Counted from the stretch's first letter, positions 37,080-47,442 are shown. The stretch: DNA of 64,000 nt from Polyangiales bacterium (GCA_964202905.1 CAXNJO010000007.1:64001-128000), one strand, 5' to 3'. Made by a program: numbers and translations. Notes: generated by a model not told the origin, from the sequence alone.

Positions 37080-39056
37080 ATGACCCTCGTCCCGCTGCGC
37101 CGCGCCCGTGATGCCTCTCCGCGGGATCTCCGCGCGTTCCTGCCCACCACCCGTGAGGAGATGCGCGCGCGCGGCTGGGACGCGCTCGACATCTTGATCG
37201 TGAACGGCGACGCGTACGTCGATCACCCCGCGTTCGGCGCGGCGCTCATCGGGCGCTTCCTCGCGGGGCGCGGCTACCGCGTCGGCATCGTCTCGCAGCC
37301 ACGCTGGGACACGACGGAGGACGTGCTGCGCATGGGCGCGCCGCGGCTCTTCGTGGGCATCACCGCGGGCAACCTCGACTCGATGCTCAACAAGCTCACC
37401 GCGCAGAAGAAGACGCGCGGTGAGGACCAATACTCGCCCGACGGCGCGACGAACATGCGCCCGAACCGCGCGAGCATCGTCTACGCGAACCTCGTGCGGC
37501 AGGCGCTGCCCGGCGTGCCGGTCGTGCTCGGCGGCATCGAGGCCTCGCTGCGCCGCATCGCGCACTTCGACTACTGGTCCGAGCAGGTGCGCCGCGCGAT
37601 CCTCCTCGACGCGAAGGCCGATCTCCTCGTCTTCGGCATGGGCGAGCGGCCCATCTGGGAGATCGCCGATCGCCTCGCGCGCGGCGAGTCCATCGCGGCG
37701 CTCCGCGACGTGCGCGGCACCGCGCACGTGCGCAACAAAGGGGAGTGGGAAGATCTCTCTCGCTCTCGCTTCGTGCGCGACGGCAAGGTGCTGTTCTTGC
37801 CATCCTACGAGGAGGTGAGCGCGCAGACGCCCGAGGGCCTCGACGCCTTCCGCGAGATGTCGCGCGCCTTCCAGTACGAGACGAACCCGGGCAACGGCCG
37901 GCCCATGGTGCAGCCGCACGGCGCGCAGGCCGTCTACTTCAACCCGCCCGCGAAGCCGCTCGAGACCGAGTTCATGGACGGGCTCTACGACCTGCCGTTC
38001 ACGCGGATGCCGCACTGGTCGTACACCGCGCGCATCCCCGCCTACGAGACGGTCAAGCACAGCATCGTGACGATGCGCGGCTGCTTCGGCGGCTGCACGT
38101 TCTGCTCGATCACCGAGCACGAGGGCCGTGTCATCCAGTCGCGCTCGGCCGAGAGCGTGCTCCGCGAGGTGCGCGCGCTGCGCCGCATGGAGGGGTTCCA
38201 CGGCGTCATCAGCGACGTCGGCGGGCCGACCGCGAACATGTACCAGATGCGTTGTCGCGACGAGCGCATCGAGAGCGCGTGCCGGCGCCTCTCCTGCGTG
38301 CACCCGGGCATCTGCGAGAACCTCGACACCGACCACGCGCCGCTCATCGATCTGCTCAAACAGGTGCGCACCGAGAAGGGCGTGAAGAAGGTCTTCATCG
38401 CGAGCGGCGTCCGCTACGACCTCGCCGAGCGCAGCCCCGAGTTCGTCACGCAGCTCGCGCGCCACCACACGGGTGGGCAGCTCTCCGTCGCGCCCGAACA
38501 CGTCGACGAAGACGTCCTCGACAAGATGAAGAAGCCCGGCGTCGAGAGCTACGACCGCTTCGCCGCGATGTTCCACTGCGCGAGCGACGAAGCCGGCAAG
38601 GACCAGCAGCTCGTCCCCTATTACATCAGCGGGCACCCCGGCTCGACGCTCGAGTCGATGATCGACCTCGCGACCTACCTGAAGGCGAACCACATGCGCC
38701 CGCGGCAGGTGCAAGACTTCATCCCGACGCCGATGTCGATGGCGACGTGCATGTATTACACGGGCAAGGACCCGTTCACCGGCGCGCCTGTCTACACGGC
38801 GCGCGTGCTCCGCGACAAGCGCATGCAGAAGGCGCTGCTCCTCTACTGGGATCCGGCGCACCACGACCTCGCGCGCGAGGCGCTCGTGAAGGCCGGGCGC
38901 CGCGACCTCATCGGCACCGGGCCGCGCTGCCTCGTGCCGCCCGCGACGGGGAAAGGCTCGCTCTCCATCCACGACAAGCGTCGGGTCGGCGTGGACGGGC
39001 GCCCCCCGCGCGTGAAGCGACGCCCCGGCGCGCCGCGGCCGGAGCGCGGCTCGTGA
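37080..39056 (+). CDS. ygiQ: YgiQ family (UPF0313) radical SAM protein
   Basis: 'FLPTTREEM..GWD.LD..GDAYVDHPAFG', 'GGIEASLRRIAHFDYWS', 'RGCFGGCTFCSITEHEGR', 'QVQDFIPTPM'. Confidence 0.93.
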   Translation: MTLVPLRRARDASPRDLRAFLPTTREEMRARGWDALDILIVNGDAYVDHPAFGAALIGRFLAGRGYRVGIVSQPRWDTTEDVLRMGAPRLFVGITAGNLDSMLNKLTAQKKTRGEDQYSPDGATNMRPNRASIVYANLVRQALPGVPVVLGGIEASLRRIAHFDYWSEQVRRAILLDAKADLLVFGMGERPIWEIADRLARGESIAALRDVRGTAHVRNKGEWEDLSRSRFVRDGKVLFLPSYEEVSAQTPEGLDAFREMSRAFQYETNPGNGRPMVQPHGAQAVYFNPPAKPLETEFMDGLYDLPFTRMPHWSYTARIPAYETVKHSIVTMRGCFGGCTFCSITEHEGRVIQSRSAESVLREVRALRRMEGFHGVISDVGGPTANMYQMRCRDERIESACRRLSCVHPGICENLDTDHAPLIDLLKQVRTEKGVKKVFIASGVRYDLAERSPEFVTQLARHHTGGQLSVAPEHVDEDVLDKMKKPGVESYDRFAAMFHCASDEAGKDQQLVPYYISGHPGSTLESMIDLATYLKANHMRPRQVQDFIPTPMSMATCMYYTGKDPFTGAPVYTARVLRDKRMQKALLLYWDPAHHDLAREALVKAGRRDLIGTGPRCLVPPATGKGSLSIHDKRRVGVDGRPPRVKRRPGAPRPERGS

Positions 39057-40273
39057 TCCGCTACGCCGACGCCCTCGACGCCGTGCGCGCGTCGGTGCGC
39101 GGTGTGCCCCTCGCCGTCGAGACGCTCCCGCTCCGCGCGGCGCGTGGGCGCGTGCTCGCGGCCGACGTGTACGCCGCGATCGACGTACCGCGCTTCGCCA
39201 ACTCCGCGATGGATGGCTTCGCGGTGCGCGGCGCGGCGACGCCGGGGCGATTCGTCGTCGCGCAGCGGCTCTTCGCGGGCGACGAGGCCGGCGCGGTGGC
39301 GGTCGATGCGGCGCAGGCCGTCGAGATCATGACCGGCGCGCCCATCCCGCCGGGCGCCGACGCCGTCGCGCGGGTCGAGGACGTGCGCGTCGTCGTGGAT
39401 GGCGCGGGCGGGCTCGCGGGGGAGGGCACGCGCTCGGTCGAGGTGCCGCTCCACGTCGCGCCCGGGACGAGCGTGCGCGCGGCCGGGGAGGATTACCGCG
39501 CGGGTGACCCCGTCGCGCGCGCCGGCATGCGACTCACGCCCGAGGTCCTGCTCGCGCTCGCGCAGACGGGCACGGGCGCGGTGCGTGTGCGGGCGCGGCC
39601 GCGCGTGGCGATCGTGCCGACGGGGCGGGAGCTCGCGGAGCCGGGTGAGGTCTTGGCATCACAGGCGATGGTGTGGTCGTCGAGCCCGGTCTACCTCGCC
39701 GCCGCGCTCGAGGACGCGGGCTGCGAGGTCGTCGTGCTGCCGCTCGTGCGGGACGACGTCGCGGGCTTTGACGCCGCGCTCGCGGGCGTCGCCGACGCGC
39801 ACCTCGTGCTCACGACGGGCGCCGTCTCCGCGGGCGCGCACGACTTCGTGCCCGATGCGCTCCGGGCGCGCGGGGCGCGCGTGCTGTTCCACAAGCTCGC
39901 GGCGCGCCCGGCGAAGCCCGTGCTCTTCGCGGAGCTCGGCGCGCAGCGCGTGTTCGGGCTCCCGGGAAACCCGATCTCCGCGGCGGTCGCGTGGCGCTTC
40001 CTCGTCTGGCCCGCCGTCGCCGCGATGCTCGGCCTCGCGCCCGAGACGCCGCGGCGCGCGCGGCTCGAGGCCGACGTGCGCAAGCCCGCGGGCCTGCGCT
40101 GCTTCTACAAGGCGCGCCTCCGTGGGGACGTCGTCGCCGTCACGGCGGGGCAGGGCTCGCACCTCGTGCGGCCCCTCGCCGAATGCGACGCGTGGGCGGT
40201 GCTCCCGGAGGACATGGACGCCGTCACGTCCGGCACCGAGATCGACGTCTTCCCGCTGCAACCGCCCCGATAG
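39053..40273 (+). CDS. moeA: Molybdopterin molybdenumtransferase MoeA
   Basis: 'DVPRFANSAMDGFAV', 'IMTGAPIPPGADAV', 'TTGAVSAGAHDFV', 'GLPGNPISA', 'QGSH'; GTGA overlap with ygiQ. Confidence 0.92.
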   Translation: MIRYADALDAVRASVRGVPLAVETLPLRAARGRVLAADVYAAIDVPRFANSAMDGFAVRGAATPGRFVVAQRLFAGDEAGAVAVDAAQAVEIMTGAPIPPGADAVARVEDVRVVVDGAGGLAGEGTRSVEVPLHVAPGTSVRAAGEDYRAGDPVARAGMRLTPEVLLALAQTGTGAVRVRARPRVAIVPTGRELAEPGEVLASQAMVWSSSPVYLAAALEDAGCEVVVLPLVRDDVAGFDAALAGVADAHLVLTTGAVSAGAHDFVPDALRARGARVLFHKLAARPAKPVLFAELGAQRVFGLPGNPISAAVAWRFLVWPAVAAMLGLAPETPRRARLEADVRKPAGLRCFYKARLRGDVVAVTAGQGSHLVRPLAECDAWAVLPEDMDAVTSGTEIDVFPLQPPR

Positions 40274-40388
40274 ACGGGCGAATCCGGCGTGCACGTCGCT
40301 CGGAGGCTCGTCCCCGCGCCGCGGTCCTGCACGGCGCGCGGCGGGGGACGAGGTGGCGGCCCGCGTGGCGGCGCGGCGGCCCGAGGGG

Positions 40389-40487
40389 CTACTTCCCGGC
40401 CTTCTTCTCCTTCTTCTTCTGCTGCTTTTCCTTGGTCGTGAGCTTCGGCTTGTTGTCCTTCTTCGGCTTCTCTTGTCCCTTGGCCAT
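40389..40487 (-). CDS. 32-aa lysine-rich small protein
   Basis: MAKGQEKPKKDNKPKLTTKEKQQKKKEKKAGK*, strong SD GAGGAGG, and promoter TCGACT-N17-TACCAT upstream. Confidence 0.75.
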   Translation of the reverse strand: MAKGQEKPKKDNKPKLTTKEKQQKKKEKKAGK

Positions 40488-40509
40488 GGCGGACCTCCTC
40501 GTGGCGGGG

Positions 40510-40592
40510 ATGGTAGAGGCCACGCGCACGCAAGTCGATCCGGACACGCGCGCGGCGGACGCTGGACACGCGGACGCGCCTGCGGCTAGCGT
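40510..40592. promoter_or_regulatory. Back-to-back promoters for the small protein and glpK
   Basis: Minus: TCGACT (40538-40533), N17, TACCAT (40515-40510). Plus: TGGACA 40563-40568, N18, TAGCGT 40587-40592, 9 nt to ATG 40602. Confidence 0.5.
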
Positions 40593-40601
40593 CCCGCGCC
40601 C

Positions 40602-42101
40602 ATGGGCCGACATCTTCTTGCGATCGATCAGGGCACGACGGGCAGCACGGTCGTCGTGCTCTCCGACGACGGTCGCATCCTCGGGAAGGCGACGCGTGAG
40701 TTCGCCCAGCACTACCCGAAGCCGGGTGAGGTCGAGCACGACCTCGGCGAGATCGCGGCCTCGATCGACGCCGCGCTCGCCGACGCGTACGCGGCCGCGG
40801 GCGTGTCGCCGGCGGCGTGTGCGGGCATCGGCATCACCAACCAGCGCGAGACCACGGTCGTCTGGGATCGCGCGACCGGCGCGCCCATCCACCGCGCCAT
40901 CGTCTGGCAGGATCGGCGCACGGCCGCGCGTTGCGAGGGGCTCCGCGCCGCGGGGCACGAGGCGCTCTTCCGCGCGAAGACGGGGCTCGTGCTCGATCCG
41001 TACTTCAGCGGCACGAAGCTCGAGTGGATCCTCGACGCGGTGCCGGGCGCGCGGGCGCGGGCCGAGCGCGGTGAGCTCGCCTTCGGCACCATCGACAGCT
41101 GGCTCGTGTGGCGCCTCTCGGGCGGGGCCCTGCACGTCACGGACGCGACGAACGCCTCGCGCACGCTGATTTACGACATCCACGCCGGCTGCTGGGACGC
41201 GCAGCTCGCGGCGCTGCTGCGCGTGCCCATGGCCGTGCTGCCCGAGGTGCGCTCCTCGTCGGAGATCTACGCGCGCACGCGCGGCGTCGCGGGGCTGCCG
41301 GACGGGATCCCCATCGCCGGCATCGCCGGCGATCAGCAGGCGGCGCTCTTCGGGCAGACGTGCTTCGCCGCGGGCGAGGCGAAGTGCACCTACGGCACGG
41401 GCGCGTTCCTGCTGCTCAACACGGGCACGCGCGCCGTGCCGTCGACGCACGGCCTCATCACGACCATCGCGTGGCGCCTCGGCGGGCAGACGACGTATGC
41501 GCTCGAGGGGAGCGCCTTCATCGCGGGCGCGGCGGTGCAGTGGCTGCGCGACGGGCTCGGGCTCATCCGCTCGGCGTCCGAGGTCGAGGCGCTCGCGGCG
41601 CAGGTCGAGTCGGCGGGCGACGTGGTGTTCGTGCCGGCGCTCGCCGGGCTCGGCGCGCCGCACTGGGACCCGCACGCGCGGGGCCTGATCGCGGGCATCA
41701 CGCGCGACACGCGCGCCGCGCACCTCGCGCGGGCCGCCCTCGAAGGCATCGCCTTCCAGATCGCGGATCTCGTCGACGCGATGGAGCGCGACGCGGGCAC
41801 GCCGCTCGGCCGCCTCCGTGTCGACGGCGGCGCCGCGTCGAACGCCCTGCTCATGCAGTTCCAGGCCGACGTGCTCGGCGCGCCGATCGACCGCCCGCGC
41901 TGCGTCGAGACGACCGCGCTCGGCGCCGCCTACCTCGCAGGGCTCGCGGTGGGCGTGTTCCGCGACACCGCCGACGTCGCCCGCGCACACGCCATCGAGC
42001 GCACGTTCGAGCCGCGCATCGCGCCCGCCGAGCGCGCGGCGCACCTCGCGCGGTGGCGCCGCGCCGTCGCGCGTGCGAAGAGCGAGTCGACCCTCGCATG
42101 A
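40602..42101 (+). CDS. glpK: Glycerol kinase
   Basis: 'AIDQGTTGS', '[14 protein letters not shown]', 'DPYFSGTK', '[10 protein letters not shown]', '[10 protein letters not shown]', 'KCTYGTGAF', 'GLGAPHWD'. Confidence 0.96.
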   Translation: MGRHLLAIDQGTTGSTVVVLSDDGRILGKATREFAQHYPKPGEVEHDLGEIAASIDAALADAYAAAGVSPAACAGIGITNQRETTVVWDRATGAPIHRAIVWQDRRTAARCEGLRAAGHEALFRAKTGLVLDPYFSGTKLEWILDAVPGARARAERGELAFGTIDSWLVWRLSGGALHVTDATNASRTLIYDIHAGCWDAQLAALLRVPMAVLPEVRSSSEIYARTRGVAGLPDGIPIAGIAGDQQAALFGQTCFAAGEAKCTYGTGAFLLLNTGTRAVPSTHGLITTIAWRLGGQTTYALEGSAFIAGAAVQWLRDGLGLIRSASEVEALAAQVESAGDVVFVPALAGLGAPHWDPHARGLIAGITRDTRAAHLARAALEGIAFQIADLVDAMERDAGTPLGRLRVDGGAASNALLMQFQADVLGAPIDRPRCVETTALGAAYLAGLAVGVFRDTADVARAHAIERTFEPRIAPAERAAHLARWRRAVARAKSESTLA

Positions 42102-42904
42102 CCGACTCCAGGAAGCCGCCGAAGTCCGAGCCGACCTTGTCCGCGACGAAGCGCGAGGTGTCCATCGCGTGGGAGGCGCTCGAGGACGCGTTCGAGAACA
42201 ACGCGCCCGAGGTGCACAGCTACCTGCAGCTCTCGACGGGTGAGGTCATCCGCGTCGTCGACGGCATCGCGGACCCCGCCATGCACGCGCGCATCGCGAG
42301 CGATCCGGGCTACTTGCGCGTCGATCCGGTCTCGTCGCGCGAGCAGTACCGCTGGATGGAGCGCTTCATCGCGACGATCGAGGAGTCGGAGTTCCGAACC
42401 CGCCTCGTGCAGGCCATCGACGGCAAGGGCGCGTTCCGCCGCTTCAAGGACGTCCTCATGGCGTTCCCCGTCGATCGCGAGCGCTGGTTCACGTTCCGGT
42501 CGGAGCGGCTGCGCACGTGCATGGAGGGCTGGCTCGAGACGCACGGCATCGCGGCCATCGCGCGCCCCCAGTGGGAGGTGCCGAGCGCCGACGACGTCCG
42601 CGTGCAGGTCGACCGCGAAGAACTCGAGCGGCCTGCGCGGCGGGCCCGCGCGCAGCACGCCGAGACGCAGAACCGTCGCCTCCACGAGCTCGCGGACGCG
42701 CTCCACGCGCGTGACCTCGACGCCGCGCTCGCCTTCCTGGAGTTCCTGCGCGAACGTCGGCACGTGCCGCGCGAGCGCGGGCGAGGCGAGGGGGGCCCGC
42801 GGGACGGCGCGCTCGTCGGGGACGCGGACCGCGACGACGACCTCGACGACGATCACGACGACGCGCAGCGGGTCGCGACCGATGGTCCGTTGCAGGCGGA
42901 CTGA
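42098..42904 (+). CDS. UPF0158 family protein
   Basis: '[39 protein letters not shown]'; ATGA overlap with glpK. Confidence 0.85.
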   Translation: MTDSRKPPKSEPTLSATKREVSIAWEALEDAFENNAPEVHSYLQLSTGEVIRVVDGIADPAMHARIASDPGYLRVDPVSSREQYRWMERFIATIEESEFRTRLVQAIDGKGAFRRFKDVLMAFPVDRERWFTFRSERLRTCMEGWLETHGIAAIARPQWEVPSADDVRVQVDREELERPARRARAQHAETQNRRLHELADALHARDLDAALAFLEFLRERRHVPRERGRGEGGPRDGALVGDADRDDDLDDDHDDAQRVATDGPLQAD

Positions 42905-43598
42905 GCGCGGCGCGCGCCGCGCTGTCGCCGGGTCCCTCGTGCTCGGCGCAGCCCTCTGGCTCGCGTCCGCCGGCCACGCGGAGGCGCAGGGGCGCGTGCG
43001 CGTCGAGGGCATCGCCGCGCTCGTCGGGGGTGCGGCCCCGGGGCCGGGCGTCGACGTCCTCCTCCGCAGCGACGTCGCGCTGCGCGCGCGCATGCGCCTC
43101 GCGGGGCAGGCGCCCGAGAGCCCGCTGCCGCTCGGTACCCTTCCGGAGGGCTTGCTGCGCGCGACGCTCGACGAGCTGCTCGGCGAGCTGCTCATCGCGC
43201 GCGAGGCCACGCGCGTCCGCGTGCGGGTCCCCCAGCCCGCGGACGTCCTGCGCGAGCGCACCCACCTCGAGGCCGAGACGGGCGGGCCCGCGCGGCTCGC
43301 GGCGCTGCTCGAGGCGCTCGGTGCGTCGTCGGCCGAGGTCGACGCGCTCGCGGCGCGGCGCGCGCTGGTCGGCGCTTTCTTCGCGGCGAACCTGGAGGGC
43401 GTGACGGACATCCCCGACGCCGAGGTCGAGCGCCTCTACCTCGCGGGGGATCACCCCTTCGTCGACATGACGCTCGAGGAGGCCCGCGAACCCCTGCGCA
43501 TCCAGGCCGCGCAGGCCGCCCTCGAGCGCGCGGTCGCGCGTTGGGTGGCGGTGCTGCGGTCCCGCATCACGCACCGCATCCTGATGCGCGACGTCTGA
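42882..43598 (+). CDS. Secreted SurA N-terminal-like domain protein
   Basis: Signal peptide ending 'HAEA'; 'VEGIAALVG..LLRSDV', 'LDELLGELLIAREA', 'IPDAEVERLY', 'RWVAVLRSR'; start uncertain. Confidence 0.55.
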   Translation: MVRCRRTERGARRAVAGSLVLGAALWLASAGHAEAQGRVRVEGIAALVGGAAPGPGVDVLLRSDVALRARMRLAGQAPESPLPLGTLPEGLLRATLDELLGELLIAREATRVRVRVPQPADVLRERTHLEAETGGPARLAALLEALGASSAEVDALAARRALVGAFFAANLEGVTDIPDAEVERLYLAGDHPFVDMTLEEAREPLRIQAAQAALERAVARWVAVLRSRITHRILMRDV

Positions 43599-43642
43599 CG
43601 CGCGCGACGTTGTCCATCCCGCCCTCGGAGCCCACGAGAAAC

Positions 43643-44629
43643 ATGTCCGCCGAAGCCAACTCCACGAAGGTCGTCATCGCCGCGCTCCTCGGGAACCTCG
43701 CGATCGCCGTCAGCAAGTTCGTCGCCGCGTTCGTGACCGGCAGCACCGCGACCCTCGCGGAGGCCGTGCACAGCGTCGCGGACACCGGGAACCAGGTGCT
43801 CCTGCTCTTCGGGATGCGCCTCGCGCGGAGGGGACCCACCGAGGCACACCCCTTCGGCCGGACGATCGAGCGGTATTTCTGGCCTTTCGTCGTGAGCATC
43901 ATGCTCTTCACGGTCGGCGGCGTGTTCGCGGTCTACGAGGGCATCCACAAGATCGCCGCGATGACGACCGTCGTCGACGACCTCACGGGCAAGCACGGCT
44001 CGAACCTCTGGAACTACGGCGTGCTCGGCGCGTCGTTTCTCTTCGAGTGCTACTCGTTTTCGGTCGCTTGGGGCGAGTTCAAGAAATACAAGGGTTCGCG
44101 CGGTCTCGTCGACGCGCTCGTCGCGGCGAAGGACCCGACCATCCCCGTGGTCATCATGGAGGACGCCGCGGCGCTCTTCGGGCTCGCGATCGCGCTGCTC
44201 GGCGTGGCGCTCTCCGACCTCACGGGCTGGGCGGGCTGGGACGGCATCGCGTCGCTCGTGATCGGCTTGCTGCTCTGCTTCGTCGCGTGGTTCCTCGCGC
44301 GGGAGACGCACTCGCTCATCGTCGGCGAGAGCGCCAGCGTCGAGGACCGCCGCGCGGTCGCCCGGATCGCGGGCGGGGTCGAGGGCGTGCTTCGCGTGAC
44401 GCAGCTGCTCTCGATGCACCGCGGCCCGGACGACGTGCTCCTCGCGTTGAAGATCGCCTTCGCGCCGGACCTGCAGGTCGCGCAGCTCGAGGCCGCGACC
44501 GACGCCATCGAGGCCGCGATCCGTAAGGAACTGCCCCAGATGACGCAGATCTTCATCGAGGCCGACTCGAAGTACGACGGGCACATCGACGCCCGTCCCG
44601 ACGCGAGCGTGCTGCCGCCCGTCTCGTGA
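43643..44629 (+). CDS. Cation diffusion facilitator (CDF) transporter
   Basis: 'GS..LAEAVHSVADTGNQ', 'HPFG', multiple TMs, 'EDAAA', C-terminal 'IFIEAD' dimerisation domain. Confidence 0.92.
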   Translation: MSAEANSTKVVIAALLGNLAIAVSKFVAAFVTGSTATLAEAVHSVADTGNQVLLLFGMRLARRGPTEAHPFGRTIERYFWPFVVSIMLFTVGGVFAVYEGIHKIAAMTTVVDDLTGKHGSNLWNYGVLGASFLFECYSFSVAWGEFKKYKGSRGLVDALVAAKDPTIPVVIMEDAAALFGLAIALLGVALSDLTGWAGWDGIASLVIGLLLCFVAWFLARETHSLIVGESASVEDRRAVARIAGGVEGVLRVTQLLSMHRGPDDVLLALKIAFAPDLQVAQLEAATDAIEAAIRKELPQMTQIFIEADSKYDGHIDARPDASVLPPVS

Positions 44630-44701
44630 CGTGCCCCGGGCGAACGCTGCGGGCCTCACCTCCGGCGCGCGGGTCGCGGCTCGGCGCCGCAGCGGGCGCG
44701 C

Positions 44702-44998
44702 TCAGCCGCCGCCGCCGCCGGACACCAGGATGACCAGCACGAGCAGCAGGGCCGCGAGGACGCCCGCTGCGACGCCGATGCCGCGGAAGCCGCGCGGACC
44801 GAGGCGGTCGGACAGGATCATCCCGCCGTAGGCGCCGACCGCGAAGAGCCCGAAGGCCGCGGGCTCCTTGGGGTAGGCGTCGCCGACCAGGAGGTAGAGC
44901 GCGTAGCTGAGCAGGAGCCCGGTGGCGCCCCCGGCCGTCCACGCGAGGGCCGTCTGCACCCCGCGGCGCCCGCGCGGCCCGTCGTCGACGTCACCCAT
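44702..44998 (-). CDS. Small 3-TM membrane protein (98 aa)
   Basis: MGDVDDGPRGRRGVQTALAW... with three hydrophobic segments; TAGGGT 8 nt upstream of the ATG. Confidence 0.65.
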   Translation of the reverse strand: MGDVDDGPRGRRGVQTALAWTAGGATGLLLSYALYLLVGDAYPKEPAAFGLFAVGAYGGMILSDRLGPRGFRGIGVAAGVLAALLLVLVILVSGGGGG

Positions 44999-45233
44999 CG
45001 CGGCGCACCCTAGCAGCCGCGGCGTCGTGCGCCGCTGCCCGCGCGATGTGCGGCACGCGGCCCCGCGCGACCCGGCACCGCCCAAGCTCACGCCCCACGC
45101 GGGGTCTGACGTGCCGCACCCCCGACCCGCCGCGCCTTCGCGGTGCGGCGCTTTCGTGATAGCGTCCGCACCCTTTCGCTCGCTCCCGGTGGGCGCGGCA
45201 TCCCAGGCGGCACAGCAGTCAGACGAGGCGCTC

Positions 45234-46538
45234 GTGGCGAAGCAGAAGAAGAAGCACGCATCCGGAGACACCCTCGAGGCGACGGCCCCGCCGAAGCCTG
45301 CGGCGCCGCCCGTCTCCGCGCCGCCGCCCCCGCGGCCGGCGACGACGACGACGATGCGGTGCTGAATCTCGCGGCCCTCGTCGGAAGCTCCATCGCCCCG
45401 CCGGCCGCCAGCTCGCCGGGCACGTCTTCGTCCCCCGCGTACGACGACGACGACGACGCGAAGCTCGACCTCGCCGCGCTCGCGAACTCGATGGCGCCGC
45501 CCGCGGCCGAGTCGAGCGCTGCGTCCGACGTCGTGATCCCGGCGCCCGCGAGGACGCCGACCCTCGACAAGGCGGGGGGCCCCTCCGCCGCGTCGGCATC
45601 GTCGACGCCCACCGCGAAGGCCAAGCCCGTGGCGGCCCCTGCCGCCGAGAAGCCGCGCTCGACGGGCATGCTGCTGGGCATCGCGGCCCTCGCGGTCGTC
45701 GTCGCGGGCGGCTTCTACGCGCTCCGTGGCGGTGGCGAGCCCAGCGGCGGCGAGGCCGTCTCGCCGGACGCGCCTGCGTCCGCGCCCGAGGCGGCGTCGC
45801 CCCCGGTGGAGGCCCCGGTCGGCTCGGCGGCGGCCGTCGGCGCCGCGGTCGCCGTGCCCATCGCGCCTGCGCCCGCCGAGGCTCCGTCCGCGCCGGAGGC
45901 GTCCGCGTTGCCTGCGCCGGCCGCACCCGCAGCGGACCGAGCTCGGCCGCGGCCGTCGCCGAGCGTCGCCGCGTCGTCGCGGCGCGCACCGTGCGCGCCT
46001 GCGTCCGCTGCGGCGTCGGCCGTCGCGGCGCCCGCGCCCGCCGCCGCTGCGGTCGAGGCCGCGCCCGCGCAGCCCGTGCGGCCGCTGCCCCGCGGCGCCT
46101 GCGCCCGCGCCCGCGCCCGCTGCCGAGATGGACTCCCTGCTCGACCGCGCCCTCGGTGGCCGCCCCGTCGCGGGGGGCACACGGACCGAACCGACGGGCG
46201 GCGCGGCGGCGCGCCCTGCGGCCGCCCCCGCGGCGGCTGCTCCGGCCGCGGCCCCGGCCGCCGGTCCCGTCCCCAACGAGCCGGGCCGCGGTGACATCGC
46301 GCGCGTGATGGGCAGCCTCCTCCCGGGCGTGCGCGCCTGCGCGGGCGACCAGGTCGGCCTCGCGAGCGCGACGGTCGCCCTCAAGAACGACGGCTCGGTC
46401 GTGAGCGCCGCCGTCGCCGGCGCCCCCTTCGGCGGCACGCCGCAGGGCGCGTGCATGGAGGGCGTCATCCGCCGGGCGCGCTTCACGCGCTTCTCCGCGA
46501 CGACCTTCCGCTTCACCTACCCGCTCGCCATCCGCTGA
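45234..46538 (+). CDS. TonB-like protein: acidic N-terminus, single TM, Pro/Ala linker, AgmX/PglI-type C-terminal domain (frameshifted near 45335 and 45950-46090)
   Basis: Segments from ORFs 44922, 45143 and 45726; TM 'MLLGIAALAVVVAGGFYAL'; C-terminus 'DIARVM..VRAC..DGSVVSA..GTPQGACME..ARF.RF...FTYP'. Confidence 0.6.
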
Positions 46539-47276
46539 ATGACCGTGGCGCGCGCGCAGCCTCCCGCGGCGTCGCGCGCCCTCGGAGCGCGTGTCGCGGC
46601 GCCCCTCGCCGGCGCCCCGTCCCCGCCCGCGTCGCCTCCCGCGGGCACTGCGGCCGACTCCCACGTCGCGCGCACGGCGGTCGCGACCCGCGCCGCGCTG
46701 CTCGTCATGTCGCTCGGGGTCGCCCTCGCGGGATGTGGTCCGGCGGGGATCTCCCTCCGCGCCGAGTCGGTGCCCGTCGCTCCGTCGGCGCGCGACGCGG
46801 CGGTGCTCGCGCTCGGCCGCACCGTCTTCGCGGCGGTGCAGGCCGGCGAGGTCGAGCGCGTGCTCTTCGACGACCTCGACCTGCGCGCGCTCCTCGACGG
46901 AGCGGGCGCGAGCCGGGCCGCGGCCGTCCGGCACACGGCGGGCCCGGCCCTCCGCGCAGGCGCAGGCGCGCTCTCACTCGCCGCGGCGGGTGCGCGCTAC
47001 GTCGGCGTGTGCCTGCAGGAGTCCAGCGTCGCGCGGGGCGGCGGGGCGCTCGGCCTGAGGCGGGAGGCGTGGGTCGTCGGGCGCGTGCTCGTCGTCGCCG
47101 AGCACCCCCGCGCCGGACGCGTCGCCGGCTGGGCGGAGGGCGTCTTCGTCCACTCGAGCCGCGGCTTCGGGGCCGTCACGCTCGACCGCATCGAGCCGCT
47201 GCGCCCGGCGCACAGCGACCTCGAGCTCGCCGTGTGCGACATGGCGGCCGGCCTCGACGAGCCCGGCGTGCGCTGA
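46539..47276 (+). CDS. Hypothetical lipoprotein
   Basis: Lipobox 'VALAGC'; the true start may lie downstream of 46539. Confidence 0.55.
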   Translation: MTVARAQPPAASRALGARVAAPLAGAPSPPASPPAGTAADSHVARTAVATRAALLVMSLGVALAGCGPAGISLRAESVPVAPSARDAAVLALGRTVFAAVQAGEVERVLFDDLDLRALLDGAGASRAAAVRHTAGPALRAGAGALSLAAAGARYVGVCLQESSVARGGGALGLRREAWVVGRVLVVAEHPRAGRVAGWAEGVFVHSSRGFGAVTLDRIEPLRPAHSDLELAVCDMAAGLDEPGVR

Positions 47277-47386
47277 GCGCGGCCGTCGCGGTCGCCTCGC
47301 GGAGGCCCGTCCCGATGGGGTCCGCCCGACACCTCCCCGCGGCGGTCCGTCTGGGGGCGGGAGCGTCCGTCCGATCCTCGCGTCGA

Positions 47387-47404
47387 ACCACAACAGGTAG
47401 TGGT
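47387..47404. promoter_or_regulatory. NrdR-box-like palindrome upstream of smc
   Basis: ACCACAACAGGTAGTGGT; core CACAACAGGTAGTG matches CACwAyATrTwGTG at 13/14. Confidence 0.5.
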
Positions 47405-47442
47405 GTCGCCCCTTCGAGGCTACCGGATCCAGCGGAAAACCG

